Source: Candidatus Moraniibacteriota bacterium (GTDB taxonomy: Bacteria; Patescibacteriota; Minisyncoccia; Moranbacterales; GCA-2747515). From it: 64,000 nucleotides of DNA. Made by a program: the position numbers and the translations under genes. Below the pieces are notes generated by a model. The model made no database searches. It saw only the letters and a list, made by a program, of their open reading frames with translations, and was not told the DNA's origin. The stretch spans positions 3,438 to 67,437 of the forward strand of contig JBBQZC010000006.1 in the NCBI GenBank assembly GCA_038208115.1, read 5' to 3'. Below, piece after piece: positions 28,372 through 36,631 of the stretch. How positions within the stretch are numbered: the stretch's first letter is position 1; the number at the start of each line of letters is the position of its first letter.

Positions 28372-29604
28372 TTATTTCCGAGTAGATAGAATAGCGTCGA
28401 CTTTTTTGAGACCATCTATTAACTGATCAATATCATTAATCGAAGTATACACGGAAAAACTTGCGCGCACTGTCGCAGGCGTGTGGAGAAATTCTCGATG
28501 GAGGGGCATTGCACAATGCTGTCCAGCGCGTACAGCGATGGATTTCTCTTGATCAAGAATTGTTGCAATGTCGTGTGGATGGTAGTTTTGAAATGTAAAA
28601 CTAATCAGTCCACAGCGATTTTTGTGATCTGTGGGACCATACACGTGTAGAGAACTCCCAAAGTTATTCTGTAGAGATGTAATAGCATATTTTAATATTT
28701 CTTGTTCATGTTGAATAATCTCACTGAATCCAATTTTTTGAATGTAATTGATTGCTTCTTGAGATGCAATTACACCAGAAATATGTGGTGTGCCAGCTTC
28801 TAATCTATGAGGAAGTTCACGAAAGTGGGTGCATTGTGATGTTACTTCAGAAATCATCTCACCCCCTGTAAAGAGTGGCGTGAGTTTTTCGAGTTGTTCA
28901 GATTTACCATATAAAATGCCTACGCCCGTCGGTCCGAAGATTTTGTGCATAGAAAATGCGAGGAAATCACAATCAAGATTGATCACATCAATCGGTATAT
29001 GACATATTGATTGTGCTGCATCTACGACAATTATCACCCCCGGATTCTTTTTGCGAATTTTTTGGATGATATCTTTGAGTGGATTTATTATGCCGAGGAC
29101 ATTTGATACATGAGAAAGTGCAACAATTCGTGTCTTATTATCAATAGCATTGAGGAGTGCAATTTGGTCAATTTCGTGATTTTCCGTAAGTGTAGTAATG
29201 CGAAACTGCGCATGAGAATCGAGACATAATTGTTGCCATGGAATGAAGTTTGCGTGATGTTCCATGATAGTTGTAACAATGTTGGTTTCTGATGTAATCA
29301 GATGGCGTAAGCCAAAAGCGACCATATTGAGACTCATCGTTGTACCGGATGTAAAAATGATTTCGGAGTCTTGTGCGTGAATAAATTGTGCAATAATCTT
29401 TCGAGAATTCTCATATTCTGCTGTAGCTCGTGTGCCAATTGCATATACGCCACGTGCGATATTTGCATTATATGTGGTATAATATTCGCACAGCTTTTCT
29501 ACGACACGTTGTGGCGTCAGTGATGTGGCCGTAGAATCGAGATATATGAGGTTTGGGTGTTTTGAAAAGATTGCAAAATCTTTTTTGATGTCTTGTATAT
29601 TCAT
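28372..29604 (-). CDS. sufS: Cysteine desulfurase SufS (class V aminotransferase)
   Basis: The PLP lysine 'SMHKIFGPTGVGILYG' is present. The C-terminal 'RAGQHCA' active-site Cys loop is present. Confidence 0.85.
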   Translation of the reverse strand: MNIQDIKKDFAIFSKHPNLIYLDSTATSLTPQRVVEKLCEYYTTYNANIARGVYAIGTRATAEYENSRKIIAQFIHAQDSEIIFTSGTTMSLNMVAFGLRHLITSETNIVTTIMEHHANFIPWQQLCLDSHAQFRITTLTENHEIDQIALLNAIDNKTRIVALSHVSNVLGIINPLKDIIQKIRKKNPGVIIVVDAAQSICHIPIDVINLDCDFLAFSMHKIFGPTGVGILYGKSEQLEKLTPLFTGGEMISEVTSQCTHFRELPHRLEAGTPHISGVIASQEAINYIQKIGFSEIIQHEQEILKYAITSLQNNFGSSLHVYGPTDHKNRCGLISFTFQNYHPHDIATILDQEKSIAVRAGQHCAMPLHREFLHTPATVRASFSVYTSINDIDQLIDGLKKVDAILSTRK

Positions 29605-29681
29605 ATTGTTAACTGTATTTTATCTTCGGAGAAAAGTCAAAGCAATGCTTCTGGTATATATATCTTTGAAATTGTGATTAT

Positions 29682-31535
29682 ATGACAATAAAAAATGCAA
29701 AAAAAAATATATTAGACTTGATTACTGGACCTGCAGACGTGAGGCGACTTCAAAAAAAGCAGTTATCACAATTATGTGATGAAGTGCGGTCATTTTTAAT
29801 TGATTCAGTTTCTCGTACTGGTGGGCACTTTGGATCAAACTTGGGCGTAGTTGAACTGACAGTGGCACTTCATCATGTATTTGATACACCGAATGATAAA
29901 ATCGTATGGGACGTCGGTCATCAGGCGTATCCCCATAAAATATTAACGGGACGCAAGGATCTTTTGCATACGATTCGACAAAAAGGAGGTTTGTCACCAT
30001 TTCCCAAGAGATCAGAAAGTATTTTTGATCCGTTTGGTGTCGGACATTCGACAACTTCTATTAGTGCAATCGTTGGTATGGCAATTGCTTCAAATTACAA
30101 GAATAAGCACATTGCCGTGATTGGTGATGGTGCATTGACGGGCGGCATGGCATTTGAAGCGCTAAATCATGCAGGCGACGTACATGCAGATATTCTCGTG
30201 ATTCTCAATGATAATAAGATGTCAATCTCACCAAATGTTGGTGCAATGCATAAATATTTAACGCGTCTTATTTCTTCAAAAAGATTCAATCGGTTACGTC
30301 AAGAAAGCAAAAATTTACTGTCAAAAAAAGCCCCTGCTGTGCATGAAGTTGCAAGACGTGCGGAATTGTATGCAAAAGGTATGATTGCTCCTTGCACACT
30401 TTTTGAAGAATTGGGTTTTGCATATTTTGGTCCAATTGATGGTCACGATATTGATACATTGGCCGAAGTGCTGGAAAATCTTAAGCATATTAAAGGTCCA
30501 CGGTTTCTTCATATTGTTACGAGGAAAGGATATGGATATAAACATGCAGAAAATGATCATACATCGCTACATGCTGTAAGTCCATTTAATCCAGAAACTG
30601 GTGAAAAAAGTAGTCAAAATAAGAAAGATAAAACATATACCGATGTATTTTCAGAGTGGATTTGTGAGGCGGCAGCGAAATCAAAAAAACTACATGCCAT
30701 TACTCCAGCAATGCTAGAAGGATCTGGATTAAAAGAATTTCATAAAAAATATCCAGATCGTCATCATGATGTTGGCATTGCAGAACAACATGCTGTAACA
30801 TTTGCTGCAGGACTTGCAGTCGGAGGCATAAAGCCTATTATTGCGATATATTCCACTTTTCTTCAACGAGCATATGATCAGTTGATCCACGATATCGCAT
30901 TACAAAATCTCGATGTGATGTTTGCAGTTGACCGCGCTGGTGTTGTCGGTCCGGATGGTGCAACACATGCAGGGAGTTTTGATCTCTCATTTCTCCGATG
31001 TATTCCACATATGATTATCCTTGCGCCAGCAGATTTGAGAGAATGTAAAGAAATGTTACAGTTTGCATATGAACATATTGGTCCGAGCATTGTGCGATAT
31101 CCACGTGCCAGTGGGAGTGAGCAATTGATAAAAAATAATACGTCGATTCTTCTCGGAAAATCGTGTTTATTACGAAAGGGTAAAAAAATTGCTATTTTGG
31201 CTTTTGGTGCGATGACAGAAAGATGTAATGAGATTGCTGCTGCACAAGATCTTACACTGGTTAATATGCGTTTTGTGAAGCCATTGGATCATGCAATGAT
31301 AAAAAAATTGAGTAAAGATCATGATATATTTGTAACGATTGAAGATAATGTCATCATGGGAGGAGCTGGTAGCGCAGTGAACGAATCAGTATGTTCACAG
31401 AATTTGTCAGTCAAAGTTGTAAACTTGGGATTGCCTGATGAATTTTTAGCACATGGATCTCGTGAAGATGTTTTGACAGATGCCATGCTTTCACAGGAGC
31501 AAATTAGAAAACGCATTTTGAAGTTATTACGTTAG
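29682..31535 (+). CDS. dxs: 1-deoxy-D-xylulose-5-phosphate synthase
   Basis: 'GGHFGSNLGVVELTVALHHVF..WDVGHQAYPHKILTGR' TPP-binding N-terminus. 617 aa with a transketolase-like architecture. Confidence 0.9.
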   Translation: MTIKNAKKNILDLITGPADVRRLQKKQLSQLCDEVRSFLIDSVSRTGGHFGSNLGVVELTVALHHVFDTPNDKIVWDVGHQAYPHKILTGRKDLLHTIRQKGGLSPFPKRSESIFDPFGVGHSTTSISAIVGMAIASNYKNKHIAVIGDGALTGGMAFEALNHAGDVHADILVILNDNKMSISPNVGAMHKYLTRLISSKRFNRLRQESKNLLSKKAPAVHEVARRAELYAKGMIAPCTLFEELGFAYFGPIDGHDIDTLAEVLENLKHIKGPRFLHIVTRKGYGYKHAENDHTSLHAVSPFNPETGEKSSQNKKDKTYTDVFSEWICEAAAKSKKLHAITPAMLEGSGLKEFHKKYPDRHHDVGIAEQHAVTFAAGLAVGGIKPIIAIYSTFLQRAYDQLIHDIALQNLDVMFAVDRAGVVGPDGATHAGSFDLSFLRCIPHMIILAPADLRECKEMLQFAYEHIGPSIVRYPRASGSEQLIKNNTSILLGKSCLLRKGKKIAILAFGAMTERCNEIAAAQDLTLVNMRFVKPLDHAMIKKLSKDHDIFVTIEDNVIMGGAGSAVNESVCSQNLSVKVVNLGLPDEFLAHGSREDVLTDAMLSQEQIRKRILKLLR

Positions 31536-32096
31536 TTGAATTATATGCAAAAAATTTCGCATATTGATATTGAGACACATCGCATCTCTTTTAAAATTAC
31601 ATATCGAAAGAAACAAAAAAATATTCGTTTTATATCACATCAAGACGGCACATTTATTGTATCAGTTCCTTGGTCATGTCCGAAGCATTACATTGATGAT
31701 GTGGTTGCAAAAAACATAATGTGGATCAAAAAGAATGTTGTGGATCATAAAAAAAATGTAACCGTCGATGCGGATGTTGTGCGTCATATGAAGAAAAAAT
31801 TGAAGCCAATCATCGAAAGCAAATTGATGCAATTTAATTCTTATTATAATTTTCAATACAAACGTATCAGCATTCGACATCAAAAGACGCGATGGGGAAG
31901 TTGTAGTTCTGATGGCACATTGAGTTTTAATTGTAAATTGATGTGCGTGTCTAATTCATTGAAAGATTATGTTATTGTGCATGAACTGTGTCATCTCAAA
32001 GAAATGAATCACTCAAAAAATTTTTGGAACCTTGTAGAAAAAACAATTCCAGATTATAAACAGCTTCGCAGAACATTAAAAAAAATCATGGTATAA
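31536..32096 (+). CDS. DUF45/YgjP-like zinc metallohydrolase (M48/WLM-like HExxH)
   Basis: 'VIVHELCHLKEMNHSKNFW' HExxH...H motif. The track start is TTG; an ATG lies 9 nt downstream. Confidence 0.6.
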   Translation: MNYMQKISHIDIETHRISFKITYRKKQKNIRFISHQDGTFIVSVPWSCPKHYIDDVVAKNIMWIKKNVVDHKKNVTVDADVVRHMKKKLKPIIESKLMQFNSYYNFQYKRISIRHQKTRWGSCSSDGTLSFNCKLMCVSNSLKDYVIVHELCHLKEMNHSKNFWNLVEKTIPDYKQLRRTLKKIMV

Positions 32097-32126
32097 TGAA
32101 TCATATAAAATATTTTTAAAAAAAAC

Positions 32127-33344
32127 ATGAAACAAATAGTGCATCATATTTTTAAAGGGTTTCTCATTGTATTTTCTGTGGGATTTGTATTTTTTATTAT
32201 GTATAAAATATATATTATATTTAATGTAAATGATGACGTCTTGCTCAATGATTCACACATGATACCACAGATGAAGCTTGTCAGCGATGACGAAAATGGA
32301 TGGGATAGTATCAAAAAAGCGCAGAATTTCATGTATTTTCCTGTAGAAAAATCAGATGTGATTGACAATATGATTATGGGTGAAAATTGGGATAATGCAT
32401 TTGCGCAAGAATTAGTCATAAAAAATCAAGATATGTTTTTTTATTTTGATGAGGCATTACAGAAAAAATATATTGTCAGTCCGAGCCAAAGGGATATTGA
32501 TCTCAAGGCTATCGATATTGATTTTGTCATCGAAAGTACAAATTTTTTTAGAAAAATCGTAAAAATTCGTACTATCGGAATATTATATTATTTTCATGAA
32601 GGGCAAAACATGAAGGGCATTGATGAATTAAGAAAAATTACTCAATTTAGTTATAAAATAGATCAAAGCGAAAATCCTCATCTCATAGATGTTTTTATAA
32701 ATATGTCAATTTATAATACTATTGAGCACGCAAATCGGTATGTACTGAAAAAATATGAGTTATCGCGAGAGGAGCTCGAAGCAATGCATAAAAATAGAAT
32801 ATCTATAGATTATAGAGACAGTCTGGCGCAAGCGTTTCGATTGGAATATATAGTAATGAAGAATTCTTATAATAAAAAGATGTATGACCCCATATTATTA
32901 CAAGAAAACGATATTGATGTGAACCGCATGAGTCAGTCATCATTTTTTTGGAAACCACAACAAACGCAAAATATGCTCACGCATCAATATGAACAAGTGG
33001 TACAAAACAGTTTGCGTGCATGTAACGATATTGAGCCATATATTGAGCCAAAAAAGATTGGTTTCATGAGTCGCATTTTGCAGGAAAACGGCATAGGACG
33101 AACATTAATAAACGTAACTGCGATTTCATATAACAATGTGCAAGAAAAAAGATGTCGTCTGGAGTATCAGAATCTTATAAATGACGTGATTATTGCATCG
33201 CAACTATATCGAAGTAAATATGGACAGTTACCCACGTCACTTACGAAACTGGAAAATGATGGGTATTTTACATATAATGTTATAGATCGTATGAAAGTAT
33301 GGGATCTTGAATACGATGTGCATACTGGTCAAATAACTCAATAA
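32127..33344 (+). CDS. Hypothetical membrane-anchored protein
   Basis: N-terminal TM helix. No recognisable domain. Confidence 0.4.
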   Translation: MKQIVHHIFKGFLIVFSVGFVFFIMYKIYIIFNVNDDVLLNDSHMIPQMKLVSDDENGWDSIKKAQNFMYFPVEKSDVIDNMIMGENWDNAFAQELVIKNQDMFFYFDEALQKKYIVSPSQRDIDLKAIDIDFVIESTNFFRKIVKIRTIGILYYFHEGQNMKGIDELRKITQFSYKIDQSENPHLIDVFINMSIYNTIEHANRYVLKKYELSREELEAMHKNRISIDYRDSLAQAFRLEYIVMKNSYNKKMYDPILLQENDIDVNRMSQSSFFWKPQQTQNMLTHQYEQVVQNSLRACNDIEPYIEPKKIGFMSRILQENGIGRTLINVTAISYNNVQEKRCRLEYQNLINDVIIASQLYRSKYGQLPTSLTKLENDGYFTYNVIDRMKVWDLEYDVHTGQITQ

Positions 33345-33360
33345 TCGAGATTTTTATAGC

Positions 33361-33846
33361 ATGAAAGTAAAAAAATTTTATCTCGTACTACACAATGTAC
33401 GATCTGCATATAATGTAGGTGCGATTTTTCGAACAGCTGATGGTGCGGGCGTGGATCATATATATCTCACGGGATATACGCCAACTCCACCGGATACATC
33501 GCAAATCTATACAACTAAACCAGAGCGCATGATCATCAAAACAGCACTTGGGGCGCAAGAATACATCTCATGGTCACATCACGCGACCTTTGCAGAAGTG
33601 GCAAAAGATTTAAAAGAGAAAAATGTACAAATCGTGGCACTTGAGCAAGGTGTAAATAGTATAGATTATCGCGCGTTTGTGTCATGTGGTGATACGGTGC
33701 TCGTCTTAGGCAATGAGCCTGTCGGAATTGATGTGGAAACACTGAATCTGTGCGATGTCATGATAGAAATTCCGATGCGTGGACAAAAAAAATCTCTTAA
33801 CGTTTCGGTTGCTGCAGGCATTGCCATTTATGCATTAATAGATTAA
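33361..33846 (+). CDS. SpoU/TrmH-family RNA 2'-O-methyltransferase (TrmL-like)
   Basis: 'LHNVRSAYNVGAIFRTADGAG' and the C-terminal 'LNVSVAAGIAIY' SPOUT knot motifs. Confidence 0.75.
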   Translation: MKVKKFYLVLHNVRSAYNVGAIFRTADGAGVDHIYLTGYTPTPPDTSQIYTTKPERMIIKTALGAQEYISWSHHATFAEVAKDLKEKNVQIVALEQGVNSIDYRAFVSCGDTVLVLGNEPVGIDVETLNLCDVMIEIPMRGQKKSLNVSVAAGIAIYALID

Positions 33847-33876
33847 ACTATATAGGCAAAATTTTATTGAGAAAAT

Positions 33877-34242
33877 ATGCTAAAAATTCGAAATATTCCT
33901 ATCAAAATACTGGTATTAATTACTGGCATCACATCGACTCTTGCTGGCGTTTTTGGCATGCAGGTGCATTATGAAAAACAAAAAAGTACTAAAGCATTTA
34001 GTGACATAAAAGACTATATGGATCAATTGTCCGCAAGTGATATCGTGGATGCGCAAAGAAAATCTGCAAAAGAGAGGGATATGTTGTTGCAAAAAGCGGC
34101 GCATACCCCAACTCAACAAGTGAAAGTACAAACTGCCACCACTACTGTAACACCTAAAAAAATTGTTACTCCAGATCCTGTAGTAACTCCCACGCCTAGT
34201 ACACCAAAGCCAAAGTCAACCAAGAAAACAAAGTCGTCATAA
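33877..34242 (+). CDS. Hypothetical membrane-anchored protein with Thr/Pro-rich tail
   Basis: TM helix 'ILVLITGITSTLAGVFG'. 'TATTTVTPKKIVTPDPVVTPTPSTPKPK' low-complexity tail. Confidence 0.35.
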   Translation: MLKIRNIPIKILVLITGITSTLAGVFGMQVHYEKQKSTKAFSDIKDYMDQLSASDIVDAQRKSAKERDMLLQKAAHTPTQQVKVQTATTTVTPKKIVTPDPVVTPTPSTPKPKSTKKTKSS

Positions 34243-34256
34243 TTTTTTTAAAAAAT

Positions 34257-34640
34257 ATGTATAGACAATATTTATCAAAACATATGGTTGTGAGTTTGGC
34301 AATGCTAATAAGCGTAGTGATTTTTATTTTTTCAATACTGTTTTCAAGGATTGCTGTGGCGGTTGAGGATGATGACGAATACGAGCAAGCGGAGGATGTG
34401 GTTAATCATGACGTTGAAAATGACCGAAAGTATGTTGCTGTTGTAGACCAAACGCCAGTTGTCACTACAGAAAAAATTACAGTCAGCGAAACAGTTTCAA
34501 AAGAAATTACGACGACGACACAATCTGATGTTGATGGAGATGGCGTTTTTGACGACAAAGATGAATATCCAAATATCAACAATTATTTCATCGTAAAAGA
34601 TGATAATCGCAATGGTATTGTTGATACGTATGAAAAATGA
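34257..34640 (+). CDS. Hypothetical membrane-anchored protein with Asp-rich Ca-binding-like motif (DVDGDGVFDDKDEYPN)
   Basis: N-terminal TM helix followed by a thrombospondin-type-3-like DxDxDG motif. Confidence 0.35.
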   Translation: MYRQYLSKHMVVSLAMLISVVIFIFSILFSRIAVAVEDDDEYEQAEDVVNHDVENDRKYVAVVDQTPVVTTEKITVSETVSKEITTTTQSDVDGDGVFDDKDEYPNINNYFIVKDDNRNGIVDTYEK

Positions 34641-35568
34641 TGAGCGATGGAACGGTGCATTTAAAGCAATGGGTACGGATATAGAGATTGATCTTGTCGG
34701 TTCGGCAAAACAAAGTGAAATTATGGCACAATCGATTCAGGATATACAGGCGTTTTTTGAAAAAATGGAACAAATCTTTAGCAGATTTCGATCAACGAGT
34801 GAATTGTCACAGGTCAATGAACATAAGGGGTCATATGTCACAGTTTCATCGGATTTTATTGCGGTAATGGAATTGGCAATGATGTTTCATGATAAAACCA
34901 GAGGCATATTTGATCCTCGAATCTATGATGCTTTGATCAATGCTGGTTATGATCGTGATTTTCATACGCACAATCTCGACAAATCTCATGTAAAAATAAT
35001 GATAAATAGTTCATCACAAAGAGAGTTATTGAGAGATGATATAATAATTGATCGAGATGCACAGATGATCATGGCGAGAAGAAATATTGATTTGTCAGGT
35101 ATTGTTAAAGGGTGGGCAGTAGACCGTGTGCGTGATATGATCCCAGAATCACTTGTGGGGTGGGTGATTGATGCTGGGGGAGATATGTGGGTGCAAGGAA
35201 TTACAGAGCACCATGTCCCATGGTATATTGGGATTGAGGGAATCGAAGATGAAAAAATTGTACTCCATGTGGATGGTGAGGGAATTGCTACATCAGGCAC
35301 AACACGTCGGCAGTGGCAAATCAATGGTAAAAAATATCACCATCTGATTTCGCCAGAGGATATGACACAATTTTCATTTGATATTGACACGGTTACGGTG
35401 ATTGCTCCCTCTGCTGTAGAAGCAGATGTGTGGGCAAAAACAATATTTCTTATGGGGCGTGAAAAAGGGTTAGTATTTGCAGAATCTCATGGTATTAAAG
35501 TAATCATAATTGATCATAATTATAATATCTATGTTTCACAACATGCACAAAAAAATATTATTACATAG
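34600..35568 (+). CDS. apbE: FAD:protein FMN transferase ApbE
   Basis: 'AMGTDIEIDL', 'DPRIYD' and 'GIATSGT' are ApbE family blocks. The likely true start is the ATG at 34630 (MKNDERW), in a different frame overlapping the upstream stop. Confidence 0.7.
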   Translation: MIIAMVLLIRMKNDERWNGAFKAMGTDIEIDLVGSAKQSEIMAQSIQDIQAFFEKMEQIFSRFRSTSELSQVNEHKGSYVTVSSDFIAVMELAMMFHDKTRGIFDPRIYDALINAGYDRDFHTHNLDKSHVKIMINSSSQRELLRDDIIIDRDAQMIMARRNIDLSGIVKGWAVDRVRDMIPESLVGWVIDAGGDMWVQGITEHHVPWYIGIEGIEDEKIVLHVDGEGIATSGTTRRQWQINGKKYHHLISPEDMTQFSFDIDTVTVIAPSAVEADVWAKTIFLMGREKGLVFAESHGIKVIIIDHNYNIYVSQHAQKNIIT

Positions 35569-36430
35569 CTTTTTAATAGCGTCTTTCTTGATTTGTGCTG
35601 TTGGAGATACTGACGTCGTACAGGCACAAGAAAAAGTCGATTATGGTTCTGATGAGGCAATTGTTGATACGGATTTGGATGGCCTAACAGATCGAGGGGA
35701 GGAGCAATTATTTGGTACAGATATCCATGATCCAGATACAGATGATGATGGTTTTTATGATGGTGTAGAGCATTTGCAGCAGACAGATCCACTTGATGCT
35801 ACTGACCCACTTGTAACACAATTTGTTGAGACAATTCCAGACACAAGTAGCGAGCGAGCTCCACTGGCATGGTATTTTTCTCGTGCAACAGGTATCGTTT
35901 CCTATATTTTTTTATGGCTTGTATTATTTCTTGGATTTTCATTTCGCAACCCACTTCTTAAGCGATTTGTTGCGCCGTTATACAAGTTGGATATGCATAT
36001 TTATTTATCTCTTTTGACGACTGGTTTTGTGGTGTTTCATGGCGCTGTGCTTGTTTTTGATAAATATATTGGCTTGTCGTTCGCAGAGATTTTCATCCCG
36101 TATCTGTCACAATCAGACAAGATTGATACGGATGCAATTGCGTGGGGAATCCTCGCATTGTATGGCATTCTTCTTCTTGTCATTACGTCATTATTGCGAA
36201 AATGGTTGCCGCTGAAATTGTGGCGTTTTTTGCATTTTTTCCATGTCGCTGTGTATATTCTCGTTATCATACATGCGCTAGCAATCGGTACAGACCTTCA
36301 AAGTGGTGTTGTGCAAAAAATATTTTTAGGATCAGTGGTAATACTGGGTTTGATTTATATCATATCTCTCATAGAAATGATTGTACGACTTGTGAAGAAT
36401 AAACAGCATCAGAATGCTAGCACGCAATAA
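35510..36430 (+). CDS. Membrane protein: Asp-rich Ca-binding repeats + ferric-reductase-like (MsrQ/YedZ-like) 6-TM haem-binding domain
   Basis: 'DTDLDGLTDRGEE..DPDTDDDGFYDGVEH' followed by TM helices bearing conserved His ('FVVFHGAVLVF', 'FFHVAVYILVIIHALAIG'). Confidence 0.45.
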   Translation: MIIIIISMFHNMHKKILLHSFLIASFLICAVGDTDVVQAQEKVDYGSDEAIVDTDLDGLTDRGEEQLFGTDIHDPDTDDDGFYDGVEHLQQTDPLDATDPLVTQFVETIPDTSSERAPLAWYFSRATGIVSYIFLWLVLFLGFSFRNPLLKRFVAPLYKLDMHIYLSLLTTGFVVFHGAVLVFDKYIGLSFAEIFIPYLSQSDKIDTDAIAWGILALYGILLLVITSLLRKWLPLKLWRFLHFFHVAVYILVIIHALAIGTDLQSGVVQKIFLGSVVILGLIYIISLIEMIVRLVKNKQHQNASTQ

Positions 36431-36438
36431 TACTTTTG

Positions 36439-36447
36439 TGGTATAAT
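36439..36447 (+). promoter_or_regulatory. Extended -10 promoter TGgTATAAT (same 13-mer TTTGTGGTATAAT as at 19878-19890)
   Basis: Sequence match. Lies 25 nt upstream of a 44-codon ORF. Confidence 0.35.
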
Positions 36448-36471
36448 ATATTTATTATAATCGAAAGTATA

Positions 36472-36606
36472 ATGGCAAATACGCAGTATACAAACATCAA
36501 TCAAATAATCGGAAAATGGCTAGAGCGTACATTGTGGCTCTGGTTGCCTTTTTATGCGATCATACGCTTGACCAATGACACGATTGCCAAACATACAAAA
36601 AAATAA
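36472..36606 (+). CDS. Possible small hydrophobic protein (44 aa, MANTQYTNINQIIGKWLERTLWLWLPFYAIIRLTNDTIAKHTKK)
   Basis: Below the ORF-track cutoff. Has its own promoter and a hydrophobic core. No SD. Confidence 0.2.
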   Translation: MANTQYTNINQIIGKWLERTLWLWLPFYAIIRLTNDTIAKHTKK

Positions 36607-36631
36607 TAAATAATAAATAATAAAAAGTAGT

